64,000 bases of DNA, taken from positions 1 to 64,000 of the forward strand of contig CAJNYD010000292.1 of assembly GCA_905331295.1 (NCBI GenBank). The letters are read 5' to 3'. A program made the position numbers and the translations under genes. Origin of the DNA: Rotaria socialis (lineage: Eukaryota). Positions 1 through 13,409 of this stretch are shown here, piece by piece. The number at the start of each line of letters is the position of its first letter. Position 1 is the first letter of the stretch. The notes under the pieces are model-generated. The model searched no databases. It worked only from the letters and a program-made list of their open reading frames with translations, and was not told where the DNA came from.

Positions 1-1266
1 CCTTCATTCAGTTTTTCTATAAATTCCTTGTCCAAAGCCGAGAATTCAGTAAAAGGATCATAACTTCGACGAAAGGTCTAATGACACGAAATCTTTTAGA
101 CTTTTTCTAGTCTCACTAGGTCCTACTTATGAGCACAATATGAATCTGAATGGTTGGTATCACTTGGAGACGTTCCCTCGTAAGATCAATCATATGTTTC
201 GAAGTGCTTACAAATCCTATCTAGTTGATAATATAGTAGAGCAAAGATTAATAAATTTCGACTCAGGATATTTATTCTTATTGAATATTTCAATTAAAAT
301 TAGAAAAAAAAACGACGTAGGCCAATAGAACTAGTTTCTGGACCAATGGATGGTATTCATGAAAGTGTGCTATAAAGCTTCTTATTTCCGATTGTATTTA
401 TTCAGATTTATAATACAAGTCTTTGACATATTAATTAACCGCTTGAACTCTTTTGATTTGAGCACAAAATATAAATTACTAATAAAATCTTATACTCAAA
501 TCCTTCTTTGTCTCAATTATTTCAGTATAGAAAAATTGTTTTAGTATTCAAAGACGTGGTTACATTAGAATATGATTTCATAAAGAAGAAATGAATTTAT
601 TTGTCAAAAGGAATATTTAACGATAAAATTGATTGTGATAAATAGATGGCATAAATTAAAGATGTCATTTTCCAATGATTCTGTGAAATTCAGTCTTCCG
701 TTTGAGCAGTCATTTACGTTATGCCAGTCATTGATGGTTGTTTTCGATGTCTTACAATAGCATACGCCAACCATGCCGATTAAAACCTTATGAATAAGAT
801 ATTGAAATGACTCTATTGACGCAGTCTATTTCTTTTTTTTATAAGCAAACACGACCGAATCTATCATCGCTATGACAGTCTTTGAAGGTAAACATTTATA
901 ATTATGTAGATAATGTTCTTCCAATGTTGAACATGACCTACACAAGATAGAAAATTTATTACTTGCGGTGTTATTTAATCAACTTTTAGAGCAAATATTA
1001 CTTAGATTCTTTTTTTTTGTTAAATGCGCCCTTACATCCGGAAATCTCATTCTCATCTATTATTGATGAATTCACTACATTGGCTGATAGCAAAACAATT
1101 AAAATAGAACGTCAATGAATATTTAATGTTGGCGATGGAAATTGAAGTACAACTAGGGCGTGGATGCGCTTGAATCTTATCTTCGAGTACACCCACACCC
1201 ACTAGATCATATATGTTTTACAATTTTATAAAGTAATAAAATAAATCAGAACAGATAAAGAAAATG

Positions 1267-3675
1267 TCAGAAATGATCTTGACAAGAACATTGCCCATTT
1301 GAATAGAAATGAGCAATTCTATTAGCATAACGAACAATAATTTCACACTTTCGAATTTTAGCAATTAGTTTTGTAGCTTGATCTATCTTTAAAAAGCTGT
1401 TAGCGCAATCCCTGTGGGATTAAAATGTGAAACACGATGAAACTTCTTTTCTGGAATTCAGGGGGGGTTCAAAGTTCTACCCTATATACTTCAACACTCC
1501 TTTCAGATCGTGTTTTACAAAAAGAATCCATAAGTTGTTAAGTATAAGCTAGATGAAAAGAAGAATCTCTCACGGCAATTACCACAAATAAGAAGATTGT
1601 TAGTAATTTGAATAATAGATGGAACAGGTCGTTGAATGAAATTGAAGGCTATTTCAAGTTTTTAACTGTGACTACATAAAATAGATTCAACACTTTCATC
1701 TTCTTTTATTGGACGAGTCATCCAACTTGAATCATATTTGTGACCATATTCGATCAATTCAAGTGACATACGATCAAGTTCAGCATATATTTCTTGTGAT
1801 TGACGGTGAAATCAACCGTGAGCTTTGAATTGCTAAGAAATGAACAAATTTTCTTCCTATATTTTACCACTAATTCACCATTTGCTTCAGTCCATGTTAA
1901 TCCTACTTTAACGTTCTTTCCAAATTCTTTTATTCGAGTTGATCGAATATGTGCTGCTTGTTCAAATTGACCCAGAGATGAATATGTATTACAAAGAAGT
2001 ATAGAAGCAGCTATAAAATCGTCTTTCTTATTAGAAAACAAAGATTTCATTTGATTGTATAATCTCTGTGATAAAACAGAGTTTCGATTATTACGTGCAC
2101 CAGACAACATGGCCACTAAAAGAATTATATAATAATTAAGAAATTAATAAGACACTATACAAACTACTCACTATATATTGATAAAGAAGATGAATTAAAT
2201 TTTTCAAAATCATCGAGTACGTTTTGTGCTTCATCAAACAAAAAGAGACGACTGAAACAATCAATCTAAATGATAGAGAGAGAAAAAACTGATTATATAT
2301 AACTAAAACCACATTCAACAAACCATAAAGCCGTGATCTTTTCTGTTTTCACAATGATTTCATTGAAGACCGATCGAGCATGATCAAGAAGACCAGAATG
2401 AGAGCATGTATTTAATACGCAAACATGTGAAACATCATTAACTAAATTATGTGGAATTTGTCGATATAATTGAACAGCTTCAAGGCCCGTTCCATTAAGT
2501 CCATATGCATTAACTTAAAATCAATAACAAATAAAAATAAAGATAGAAATAAAATTAATCTATTCACTCATTGTAGTATTCGCTATAACATCAGGATTAG
2601 AAATAGACTGAAAAATCTGTTCAGCATTTTGAATTGAACCTACTTTACCCTATAAAAAAATGAAACATCAATAAAGTCAATTATTCAAAGAATTTCAACA
2701 ATCAACACTTGCCCACATATCAATCAATGAACTATATATAGTTTGTTCTTTAAATACAGAGGAATTTGATCAATAGTGAATTGCCACATTCAACTCATAC
2801 CGATTTACGCACATGCACTAATAAGAATAGTGAATGCGATTTCATCAGGAATAATATTGTCTTTCTTCATTCGTTCAAAAGTTGTATCGGTTCATCATAA
2901 TATCATAAGAAAAAATATTTTTCTTCTTTATCAGCTCAAATAGGCGTTCAGCACGTTGGATATCATTAAATCTCATTAACATATGCAATGCTGAATTTAA
3001 TAAAAAGTAATTATTTTTAAACTGCTTTAGTGATTGATTCAAACTTTTTTTTCCAATTGTAATTGCTCGTTCATTGGCAAGTTTACTAGATGCGTTGAAA
3101 ATAATTATATAAATAATATCATTTGGACTTAACGACATTCGTTCAAATAGATCCAAAGCATTTTCGGGCATATTGTTTTCAACATATCCTAAACTGAAAT
3201 TTATAAAGATTAAAAATCCATAATAATTAACTACCTTTCATCATAGAACTATAGCTGAAAATGCCTTTTTTCTTAATCATTTCAAAAATATGTTCAGCCC
3301 TTCTAATATCACCAAATTTCATTAACATATGTGTTGCTGAATTTAGTATGATATTATTATTTTGAATCTGATTCAACTTTTCATGAAGAAATTTGTTTCC
3401 AATTTTCATTGCTCGGCCATTGTTTAGTTGAGCACACGCATTAAATATAAAAGTGAGATTAACGTCATCTGGTTCAATAACCATTTTATCTAATAAATCG
3501 AATAACTTCTCTGGCATCTTATTTGAAATGAAACCTAATGAGAAATCAATATTCAATAGACAAGCAGATAAAAATAATATTAACCTTTGAACATAGCTCC
3601 GTATATATAGCGTTTGTTTTATACGCAATTGTAGAGAATATACGATTAGTATTATCAACATGATGACATTGCAAT
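1267..3675 (-). pseudogene. DYW-type pentatricopeptide-repeat (PPR-E-DYW) protein pseudogene, multi-exon
   Basis: PPR-like repeats (e.g. MPENALDLFERMSLSPNDIIYIIIFNASSKL). E/PG-box-like GLTWTEANGELV. Manual translation of the last exons gives LCSHS*KLEIAFNFIQ...NNLLICGNC|HQATKLIAKIRKCEIIVRYANRIAHFYSNGQCSCQDHF*. In-frame stops at 1662-1664 and 1812-1814, an apparent frameshift near 3605, and no 5' exons found. Confidence 0.88.
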
Positions 3676-4682
3676 AATAAGAAATATAAAATAAAATATT
3701 TTTAGATTTGTCTTTAAAGAGAAAAAAATTCATCCTGAGCATACTTGGAACCAGATTGACTGGCGTTCACCGGTTCTTTTTGTTTTAATTTTAGGGCACT
3801 TAAACTAGTCTATTTTTCTCTTTTTCGTCGATTTCCACAACTTCAGTTATCAGAAGATATAAGTCGAAGTCTCCAACTTAAAAATGTTTAGCCATGTGCG
3901 AAAAGTTAGCCAGGCTATCAAAAGTTAACATTCGATCTAAACTAAAGATTTTCCACCTCGACATTTCAAATTCACTTTTCTACACTATTTTCAACGGACT
4001 GTGAGAAACTCTCAATAGTCGGTAGCTTTTAGTTCATGCTATCGTTACAAAAATATCAGAAAATATTCCACTCTGTTGAGAAAGCTATAATAAATATTAG
4101 CACCATGCAACTGTGAAAATATCTAGATATTAATAAACCTAAATATATAAAGTATAGTATGAAAACTATACGTGATAGTTCATTTTGCCTTTCGAACGGC
4201 AATAGTACCCTTTTAAGAATTTAGGAACCTGTCAACTGTGTTAAATAATGATTCCAAATAAGAAAAGATCAAACTCATCAATTTTCGTAAAGAAGCCACA
4301 TCTTTATTAAAGAAAGACAGGAAAATCACAGTGTTTTTGTTGTTTCATATCTGTTCATATGGGTGACTAATGTAGATGAAACGTTTTCAAAGAACTTTTC
4401 TTTCGTTCTTAGTATTGCCATGTATGGAACATTACACATCCTAGAATATAAGTTATTACTATTAGAAACTCCAAATGTGAACCTTTTTGAATTTCATTAT
4501 GCTCATGATAGCATATAAATTGATTATTAAGAGTAAATTTTCTTGAAACTGTATTCACAACTATAATATTTTTAAAATAAATTTTTAAAGCAAATAAATT
4601 GAAATTTTTCTTTAATCTAAAAAATAATTAAAGAAAATTTGAACTTAATAGATAATTAAAAAATCATGAATCGATTGAATAT

Positions 4683-4980
4683 CCCAGGTCGAACATTCCG
4701 GTCACCGGATCTCGTAGGATACTCCAGGAAATATGCGGGAAAGTCACCATATCCTGCAGGAAAACACGGGAAATCGCTGGAGCATGGAAGCAGTATTCCG
4801 GTCAAAAATACGGCCGAACTTTTTCGTCGGATTCCTGCCAAGTTCCGGTGCTTTCCGGCAGGAATTGATCTGAAACCACCGGAAAAAAATTCGTAAATTT
4901 TCCAACCGGAATACTGTTTCCACAAAATCAACAGAACTACCCGGAACGGGCCGCGTCCTGGCCGGACTGTTCGATCTTGG
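4683..4980. mobile_element. MITE, ~300 bp, CCCAG-type termini
   Basis: TIR cccaggtcgaaca / tgttcgatcttgg (11/13 match), flanked by AT on both sides (2-bp TSD). GC-rich with many ttccgg motifs against an AT-rich background. Confidence 0.75.
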
Positions 4981-5000
4981 ATTCGAACAGTAAATGGCTC

Positions 5001-6236
5001 GGGAAAATTAGCTTTCGTCTCACCTCTTACGAAAACCGGTAAATGTTACCGGGTGTTCGGAAATGAATTTCATTCCACAAAATTTATGACGGAAGTTCGT
5101 AAACACTTATGTACCCGAGATCGTAATAGACAGGAAGAAGATCGTAAAGTGTTTACCGGATGTTCGGAACAGAATATTTTTGTTATATTTCATGTAACAT
5201 CTGGAGATCGTAATAAACACCGTCGGTAGTTCGGAAGGAAATTCTAAGGGTTCTTAAACCTGGAGTCCATAAAAGAATTTATAAGGATATTGTAATTGAT
5301 ATAANCATAGAAGAATTTATAAGGATATTGTAATTGATATAAAACTTTCTGCTCTTATAGACAATAATAGGTTGCATTTTTTGATTACATCCACGATTAT
5401 ATAAGTAGACGATTATTCTTCTTTACCGGTACTCCTTGTGTTATAGTCTCAGAAGTTGTTTCTAAGGGTATCAGTTGATTAAAAACCAACAGTTGTCGAA
5501 AGCAACAACTGAGAAAGCTACTCCTAAATCTTATTTACGTTCAACTCCAATATTGAATCGCCTTAGAGTTAGACCCAACGAGCATACTACTGCGGCTTCA
5601 TCTTCATCTTGCACATCATTATCTCAATCTGATCTCATTGCTTCAACATTGAAACATAAATAAATAGCTAGGTTCAACAAAACGTGTACATTCATCGAAG
5701 AATAAATAGAATGATAATGTACATTAACACTAGAGTCATGAATATATATGTATTTATTTTCTTTCAATAAAGCTAGTATCTTGTAACAGAAAATATTAAA
5801 GGAATAAGGAGAATAATGACTAATACTAGAGTTATTATAGTAAACAAAAGTGCAATCGTAGTTGCTTGAATCCGCCGAAACGTTGACTATACGTGATTTT
5901 AGGTTGCGACTATAGCGTATCACTTCATATTTCCTCACACGGAAACAAAACCTGAACATATTTGCAAAAATCGTGTCGTCTTTTTTTTTATTACGGCCTC
6001 CATGTCTTTGTAGTTACGAACATCCAGGCATTCTGATTACGATCTTCAGCCAAATTTTGATGTTCATAAAGAGAAAGATTTATATGGAGTTCGGAATCCG
6101 AACTCATGCACATGGTTCATTCCGAACACCCTGTATTTTTGTTGTATTTCATTTACGAACTCCGTTACGAACACCATGTCCTTTTTTTCATGTCAGGAGA
6201 TCGTACAAAAGAGGTGAGACGAAAGCTGATTTCCCC
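5001..6236. mobile_element. Non-autonomous DNA transposon with 8-bp TSD and GG termini (Merlin-like)
   Basis: ~28-bp TIR gggaaaattagctttcgtctcacctctt / aagaggtgagacgaaagctgatttcccc. Perfect TSD aatggctc at 4993-5000 and 6237-6244. Inverted subterminal repeats (gtgttcggaa / ttccgaacac). No transposase ORF. Confidence 0.85.
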
Positions 6237-6532
6237 AATGGCTCTAGACATAATGTTAATCGTGAACATTGTTTTATTAAAATACAAAATCTGGCACCTG
6301 CAGCTCTTGATGCATTAAATGAAGATGACGAATCTCTAGAACGTATTGCTCATCTCCATTGCATATGAGTTGATCGAATAAAAAAAGACTTTTATGGTGA
6401 ACCATCTGAAATAGAAAAGGATTTGATATTTGATCAAGTATAAATTAGAGAAAACTTTTAAAACGCATTGAAAAGACATAAATACAGGAGTAATGATGCT
6501 TTGGTAGCTGTTGCGTATCATATCATGTACCA

Positions 6533-6882
6533 CCCAGATGAATGAATCCGACAGTGAATCCTATCGGATCTCACGGGGTCCGATAAGTCGACAAAATCTG
6601 ATCAGATTCCTGGTCACGAGTCTACTAACGGATCCGACGGAAAAAAAAACATTTTCTTAATCACCAATGAATAAACATATGGTGCCAGCAGAACACATGA
6701 GTCGAATGCGTATGTTGGATTCTGTTAAATTCCGACACTGGAGCCTATCGGGTTCCAATACTAGGGTTCCGATGGTAGATTCTACACCCCGGATCCCGAC
6801 AGGATTTCGTCGGTTTAATGAAATCCATACTATATCCGATAAGATTCCGATAGTATCCTACTATCGGAATCATTCACCTGGG
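6533..6882. mobile_element. MITE, 350 bp, CCCAG-type termini
   Basis: 22-bp TIR cccagatgaatgaatccgacag / ctatcggaatcattcacctggg, with internal atccga/tcggat repeats. Flanks are CA and TA. Confidence 0.8.
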
Positions 6883-7347
6883 TAGTTGAGAGCTAATTTG
6901 TTTATTCAAATATAGCTCATACTTTGTTCTAAAAAAACATTTCTCTGCAAGATGTTCAACTGTTTCAAATAAAAATAACATGAAATGTAGTCTCTCTCAA
7001 ATTCTTTCCTAACCGTACATATTCAAATGATATTCTGCTTTCTATCTTCAAGTTATCAAAACGAAGATTACTGAACATTCAATAATATGAAGTAAATCAT
7101 TTGCTTGCAAGAGTATCATTTCAAAATAGCATCCATGTTGAATTGTTGATCTTGCCTTCAGTTAAGAAGATTTAATAATAGAAGCTCTTCAGTCGAGTAG
7201 AACCCATCGGATCCACAAATTCTTGGACCCGGACCCGCTAAATCAGAATTTTCAGGCCCGGTCCCGGTACATCAAAAGCGTTTGGACCTATACTAGCAGG
7301 AACACTAAAACTTTGAAACTACTCTGATAGAATTATTCAAATTGAAG

Positions 7348-7489
7348 TAAACTCCCTCCCATATTAGAACTTGTATCACGCAAAACCGTCAGAAGTTTCA
7401 AAAATGGTGTTCTCATAGGAAACAGATTACTTTCTTAAGAGGCGGGGGGGATGTGGGGGGAGGGTGTTTCTCTTATAGGAGGGAGTTTA
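7348..7489. mobile_element. Small inverted-repeat element (degenerate MITE) nested in the hAT-like element
   Basis: taaactccctcc / ggagggagttta perfect 12-bp inverted repeat. No clear TSD. Confidence 0.5.
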
Positions 7490-7960
7490 GCGTTTCTCAA
7501 CTTTAATCTTTAAATTTAAAGCTAAAACTAGCATATCTTCAAGTTTAACTTTCTTAAAAAAGCCAAAATTTAAAATATATTCTTTAGAAAATCTTTCTTT
7601 TGTTAAAATTATTTTTTAATGAAAAACCAATAATTTTGAACAAAAAAATTCCTTTCATGAAAACATTTATTCGGACTTCAAATCTTTGGACTGTAAATTT
7701 TAATCATGCTTGTTTCCATTTGAAGTAAAGCTAAGCTGACATTCGTAACAAAAACCTAGTTTATTAGTCAAAATAGATCTGGAGCAAAACGTACTCTTAA
7801 ACTTGTAGTCAAATTTTCTAATTATCTCTGGTGGTCGTTCCGAAAATTCGGCATACTTCTGTCCTTTTTTGTTATGTAAGTAGTACATCTTACACGTTAT
7901 TTCAACTATCCGATAAAGTGTTTTCAACAATTAATTTATAATGGACTCTGACTTCTAGCC

Positions 7961-8076
7961 CAAGGGGGAAAAAGGTGATTTATGATTTTGTGAGTTAAGG
8001 TGGTTTATTTGATTTAAAGTGATTTTTTTATTTAATTTTTATTTTTAGCTGATCTAAATCAGCTTTTCCCCCCTTG
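7961..8076. mobile_element. 116-bp MITE with CAAGG termini and 8-bp TSD (P- or hAT-type), nested
   Basis: TIR caagggggaaaaaggtgattta / taaatcagcttttccccccttg. TSD ttctagcc (7953-7960) / ttctagtc (8077-8084). Confidence 0.8.
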
Positions 8077-8639
8077 TTCTAGTCACTCGCTATTTGTTTG
8101 CAGCTTCGAATGGAATAAGGAACAAATGTATTAAAGTGTTTGTACTGTTTCTTATGTTAGGCAACGTCTTCATCAACAACATCGACTTCGCTTTCACTCA
8201 ATGATATGCATAAAAATTTTATTTTTATCTGACCCAATACGGAAAAATATTTTTAATCTGCACCCGAACTCGGACCCGGCAAAGAGAAATCTTTAGACCC
8301 GGAATCGGACCCGACGGGCTCTATAGTCGAGGCTTCTGGAGATGTTACCTAGAATTCATATGTCTCTATGAATAATAATTTTAGTGACAGTCAAATCCGA
8401 AAAGGAAAATCTTTCAACAGATGATTAACCATTATAATATCGGTTGCCTCGAAATGTTGTACGTCTAATCCTTCGACAGTCAAGAATGTATCTTTTTGCA
8501 CCCAAACTAGATCTGTTTAAAAGCATTGCAAAGAAAATTGATCTTTTTTTCAACTTTTTTGTTTTTGTAAATATTCTTATAAATATCGATTCATTTATTG
8601 ATACTTTCTTGAAAAATAATCACCTGTTTAAAAAGAAAA

Positions 8640-9392
8640 TTACATTAACTCTGATATGAATTCTTCATCAACAGTTACAAAACTTTCTGCCGGTGACAAA
8701 TTTGTTTTTCTCCTAAGATTGTAGCTGCTCGATGGTATTTGATGTTCAGCTTGTCGTGCTCGATGTTCAAAATTTTGATGTAAAGCATGTATAGTTACTT
8801 GTCGATTTAATATATCAAAACCAATATACGCTATTTCTAGCATACTAAGAACAACATAAGTAAAAAGATTTTCCGCACGTATCAAACGACTGTCTTCATT
8901 GCAGTTTTTGACATTCGAATAATCGCGTTCATAGATAATAACCATTAAAAGTGTATGTAACGCAAGTGTTAACAGAACGACTAATTGTAATGCACCGTAC
9001 CATGTTATACCTAAATCATTTTGTACTCTAACATTTGCCCCTTTACGAAGAATAATAGTAAATAAACCACAATAACAAGTAACGATAATCGAAATAAATA
9101 TGACGTGTATAACTTTAAGAAAACGTAATTGTTTATGTTCATAAACACAATAATTTATTGTTAGAAAACACGAATAAATTTGTGCGGATGATTGATTAAA
9201 AATGATCGGCTTTTGATTATATGAATTATAAATATGAATTTCAGGAGCTTTCACATGAATTGCATTAAAAACTAGAGCACCAGCTTCCACACAAAAAAGA
9301 ACGACGATGAACTTTGGATCCATTGTTTTCTGAGGGATATTTTGAACAGCATGATAAGTTCTCCTTGTTGGTGACAGACTATGATCGTCCAT
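8640..9392 (-). CDS. Intronless multi-pass (~5 TM) membrane protein of unknown function
   Basis: ~250-codon ORF from the first ATG (MDDHSLSP), long for this AT content. About five hydrophobic segments and a polar C-tail. No family recognised. Confidence 0.65.
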   Translation of the reverse strand: MDDHSLSPTRRTYHAVQNIPQKTMDPKFIVVLFCVEAGALVFNAIHVKAPEIHIYNSYNQKPIIFNQSSAQIYSCFLTINYCVYEHKQLRFLKVIHVIFISIIVTCYCGLFTIILRKGANVRVQNDLGITWYGALQLVVLLTLALHTLLMVIIYERDYSNVKNCNEDSRLIRAENLFTYVVLSMLEIAYIGFDILNRQVTIHALHQNFEHRARQAEHQIPSSSYNLRRKTNLSPAESFVTVDEEFISELM

Positions 9393-10980
9393 GGATGATA
9401 AGCAATCTAAAATAAATTCTTTCAAATTTGATAATTAATTCATTTCAATAGATGAAGTTAATAAAGAATTCAAGGATTAACATTCGTATTTATCACCTTT
9501 TTATGGCCTATTCTTTCACCTAAACTAGATATAGACGTGACAATGTTCGGGGTGTTTTGAAGAAAAACTACGAATGTAGTTGCTTGATTTCTACTTGATG
9601 AGAGACCGCAAATGGAGTTTATAAAAAATATATATGATCATTTATTGCTCTATTACTTCTTATCTTATATACTCACATACTATTGAAAGCATAAACGATA
9701 AGACAGATCTCATTAACTGTATCGAAATTCGATTATTTGCTTTGAATATTTATTTGACTTAAACATTTACTCATCGGAAATATGATGCATTTTAAGGGCG
9801 ACTCGAGCTATTAAAATAATGATCGACTGTTACTAATTAGCAACCAATCAATATTAAAAGAATCATAAATAAGTGAAATTCTGGTTAAATATATTCTTGT
9901 ATAGAAATATAAGCAGGTCTTGTTTTGAATCCTATTTACTGATACGCATTCAACTATTGCATCATTCGATAGATACTCAAATCCACACCAAGGAAAAGTT
10001 GAATTCTAATCCAATTATTGTAAACTGTTGAACATTATCAGCTTCATTTTATGCCTATCTGATGTTACCAAGGACTATTTCATCAGAGAGTTATTTCGAT
10101 TGTTTTTCTTTTGAGTTGAATAGTTCTTTCGTTCGACAGGTATCTTCAAACAAAATTACCTGAAAAAAAATAGTTGGCTGTTTTATTTCATTCCATTATC
10201 GATGTGATCACAACGGTAACAAAAAAACAGAAAATAAATTTTCTTTTTCACATATGATGCCAACATATCGCTTGCATATATTATCGTACTATCAATAATA
10301 ATTTTCTCTTTTAGATATTTCAGCTGCCGTTAGTAAATTAATTATTATTTGTTTTTTTCCTTACAATAATTCTACTGTATGTTAAACAACTATTGATGGT
10401 TTTTCGTTTGACAAACTACGGCAATTAAAAGTTTGTTTTCTTCTTTCTCTATTTCAAATTAACCGACAACCACGCCACTGATTATTATTCCGAATAAGAC
10501 CATGTTGAAATCTAATGAAATTCAGAATTTTATTAATACTGTTTTTAAATGTCTACTAAGTTATTCTGTGGAGAGAAGAAATATCTTTTTGAAAACTACG
10601 GTAACGCAACATAGAAAAACTTATATGTCACGAAAGTTGTCGTTTAATTGTGATATGCCGTTCAATTAACAACGAGAAGAACCTGAAGGTTAAATAAGGT
10701 TGTTTTGTTAGATTTTTATTTTTCAGTTTCACTCAATAAAAATCATACGTTTCACACATTAGGTATCTGTTTATTATTTGTCACACTTGAAATTGGAGAT
10801 TTTTTTTCACAACTGTTGACCTTGACGTTAAACACACATTATATCTAATTATGTCTTTTATTTTACTAGTAGTTAGATAGGATGACTAGCTGATTAGCAA
10901 AAGAAAAACGAATGCATATCATACAAAAATTTAGAAAAAGCAATATTTTTATTTTATTGTTTAGTTTAGCGCTTTGGAGT

Positions 10981-11787
<807 letters not shown>

Positions 11788-13409
11788 TGTTGTTATTTTT
11801 ATTCAAACTAAAACCAACAAATCTATTAAAAGAGAATTTTTATTTGTCTGAGCCAATGCACTCGTACATGCAAGCAAGCACTTTGTGTAGGTGATGAGAT
11901 TTGAAACGAACACGTGTGAAATCGATTTGTTTTGATTTTTTCATCTTTTCTATTCATTGGAACTCACTCTTTTTTCTTTGCATGTTCTATGGCACACAGA
12001 ACAAAAAGAAAGAACGACACGGATAATTTGTACTACATCTAAGCAAATTATGAATCTTGAACTATCGAATAAAACAAAAGAAAGAAATTTATCCAAAACA
12101 AAATGTTTNCAAAGGGGGGGGAGATATCCAGATATAATATATTGTCATCTTAGTAATCCTAATATTAATGGTTCTATATACTTTCTCTTTCTTAGAACAA
12201 GTCAAGGTCATGAATATATGATAACGGATTATTAAACGTTGAGTTCGCTTTATTTGAATTAGTCAGAAATCGAGACTTACCTAAACTCTTATTGATACAG
12301 GTACGTATAAGTAATATTGTCTTGATTTTGTTGGGTCGACACCAGTTTATTTCGAATGGTGTCAAGTATTAAGAATGAATACGTAAATCGACCGAATAAC
12401 CTATGTAGTTTTCTACTAGAAAGACGAAGACACTTGGCGATTGCCTGTCACTCGTTGCCCTTAAATTTTTCTGCTTACGACAATGACGTAGAAAACTCGT
12501 GATATCGACTCAGTATGGGCAAGAGAGAAAAAGATGCGGAAATAGGCGTCTTGTTTCCTCTGCCTTTTCTAGTTATCCCAACGAGAAAACAACAAAATAG
12601 TACATAGAAGAAAGAATGATACGGAATATAAAAAAAAGACGACGACGACTGTGCGTTCTTGTGCTCGACGACGATATTAATCAAGAGAAAAGAAGAAGAA
12701 GAAGAAGAAAACCTACGAGTAATTCATTCTTCCATACATCTGCTGTAAAGGAAAGCTGCCAACACAAGGACAGAAAAACAGCATGCATATATTTCTAAAT
12801 AAGGAAATTCATACATATATAAGCATCTGCATCGTTGCGGGAAAGCTCGATAATGGGTCTAGTGATTACGCAAAATCAACAGCACCATTCTGTATCTTTC
12901 TCACATACGAATGTCAATGCTTGACTAGCAATTGATTATTCTCATTCGTCATAGATAAATATAAATAAAGTTGATGATTTATTTAGTCAAAACAAAAAAA
13001 ATGATGTTTAGTAAATCGTCTTATGCGAGGCATTGTTTCCTTTTTTGAGAAGAACAAAAATAAAATAATAATATAAATAAAGGAAAAAAAAAGATAAATA
13101 CATATGTGTGTGTATGATACGTATATAAAACTTTTTTATCTTTGGAGAATTTCGTCTATAATGCTTGATTAGACAATACATGTACATAGATTATAATATG
13201 CAGAAAAACACAATTAAGAAGTAAATGATACATAACTTTGAAAAATGACAATGAAGGTTGAGAATAAACAAATCGATAAAAGTCATAAAGTGAACTTAAA
13301 CAAAGACATAACTGGGATAAAGGCATTAAGTATAAAATAAAATAAATTGTATTCGATCGTTCGCGAGAAAATAAAATCCTCCGAAATGTGTTTATTTAGT
13401 TGCAGTTGT

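Larger units (their letters stand above)
7198..8323. mobile_element. Non-autonomous hAT-like element carrying nested insertions
   Basis: TIR tagaacccatcggatcc / ggacccgacgggctcta. 8-bp TSD cagtcgag / tagtcgag (7/8). Subterminal gacccg repeats at both ends. Confidence 0.8.

Noticed and set aside
5268..5342. 37-bp direct repeat that could look like a CRISPR or tandem unit
   Set aside because: Only two copies, abutting an N at 5305: a scaffold-overlap artefact. No CRISPR array is seen in the window.
4656..6885. ORFs at 4656-4931, 4666-4896, 5973-6368 and 6667-6885
   Set aside because: They overlap GC-rich MITE and TIR sequence and have no protein motifs, so they are chance ORFs.
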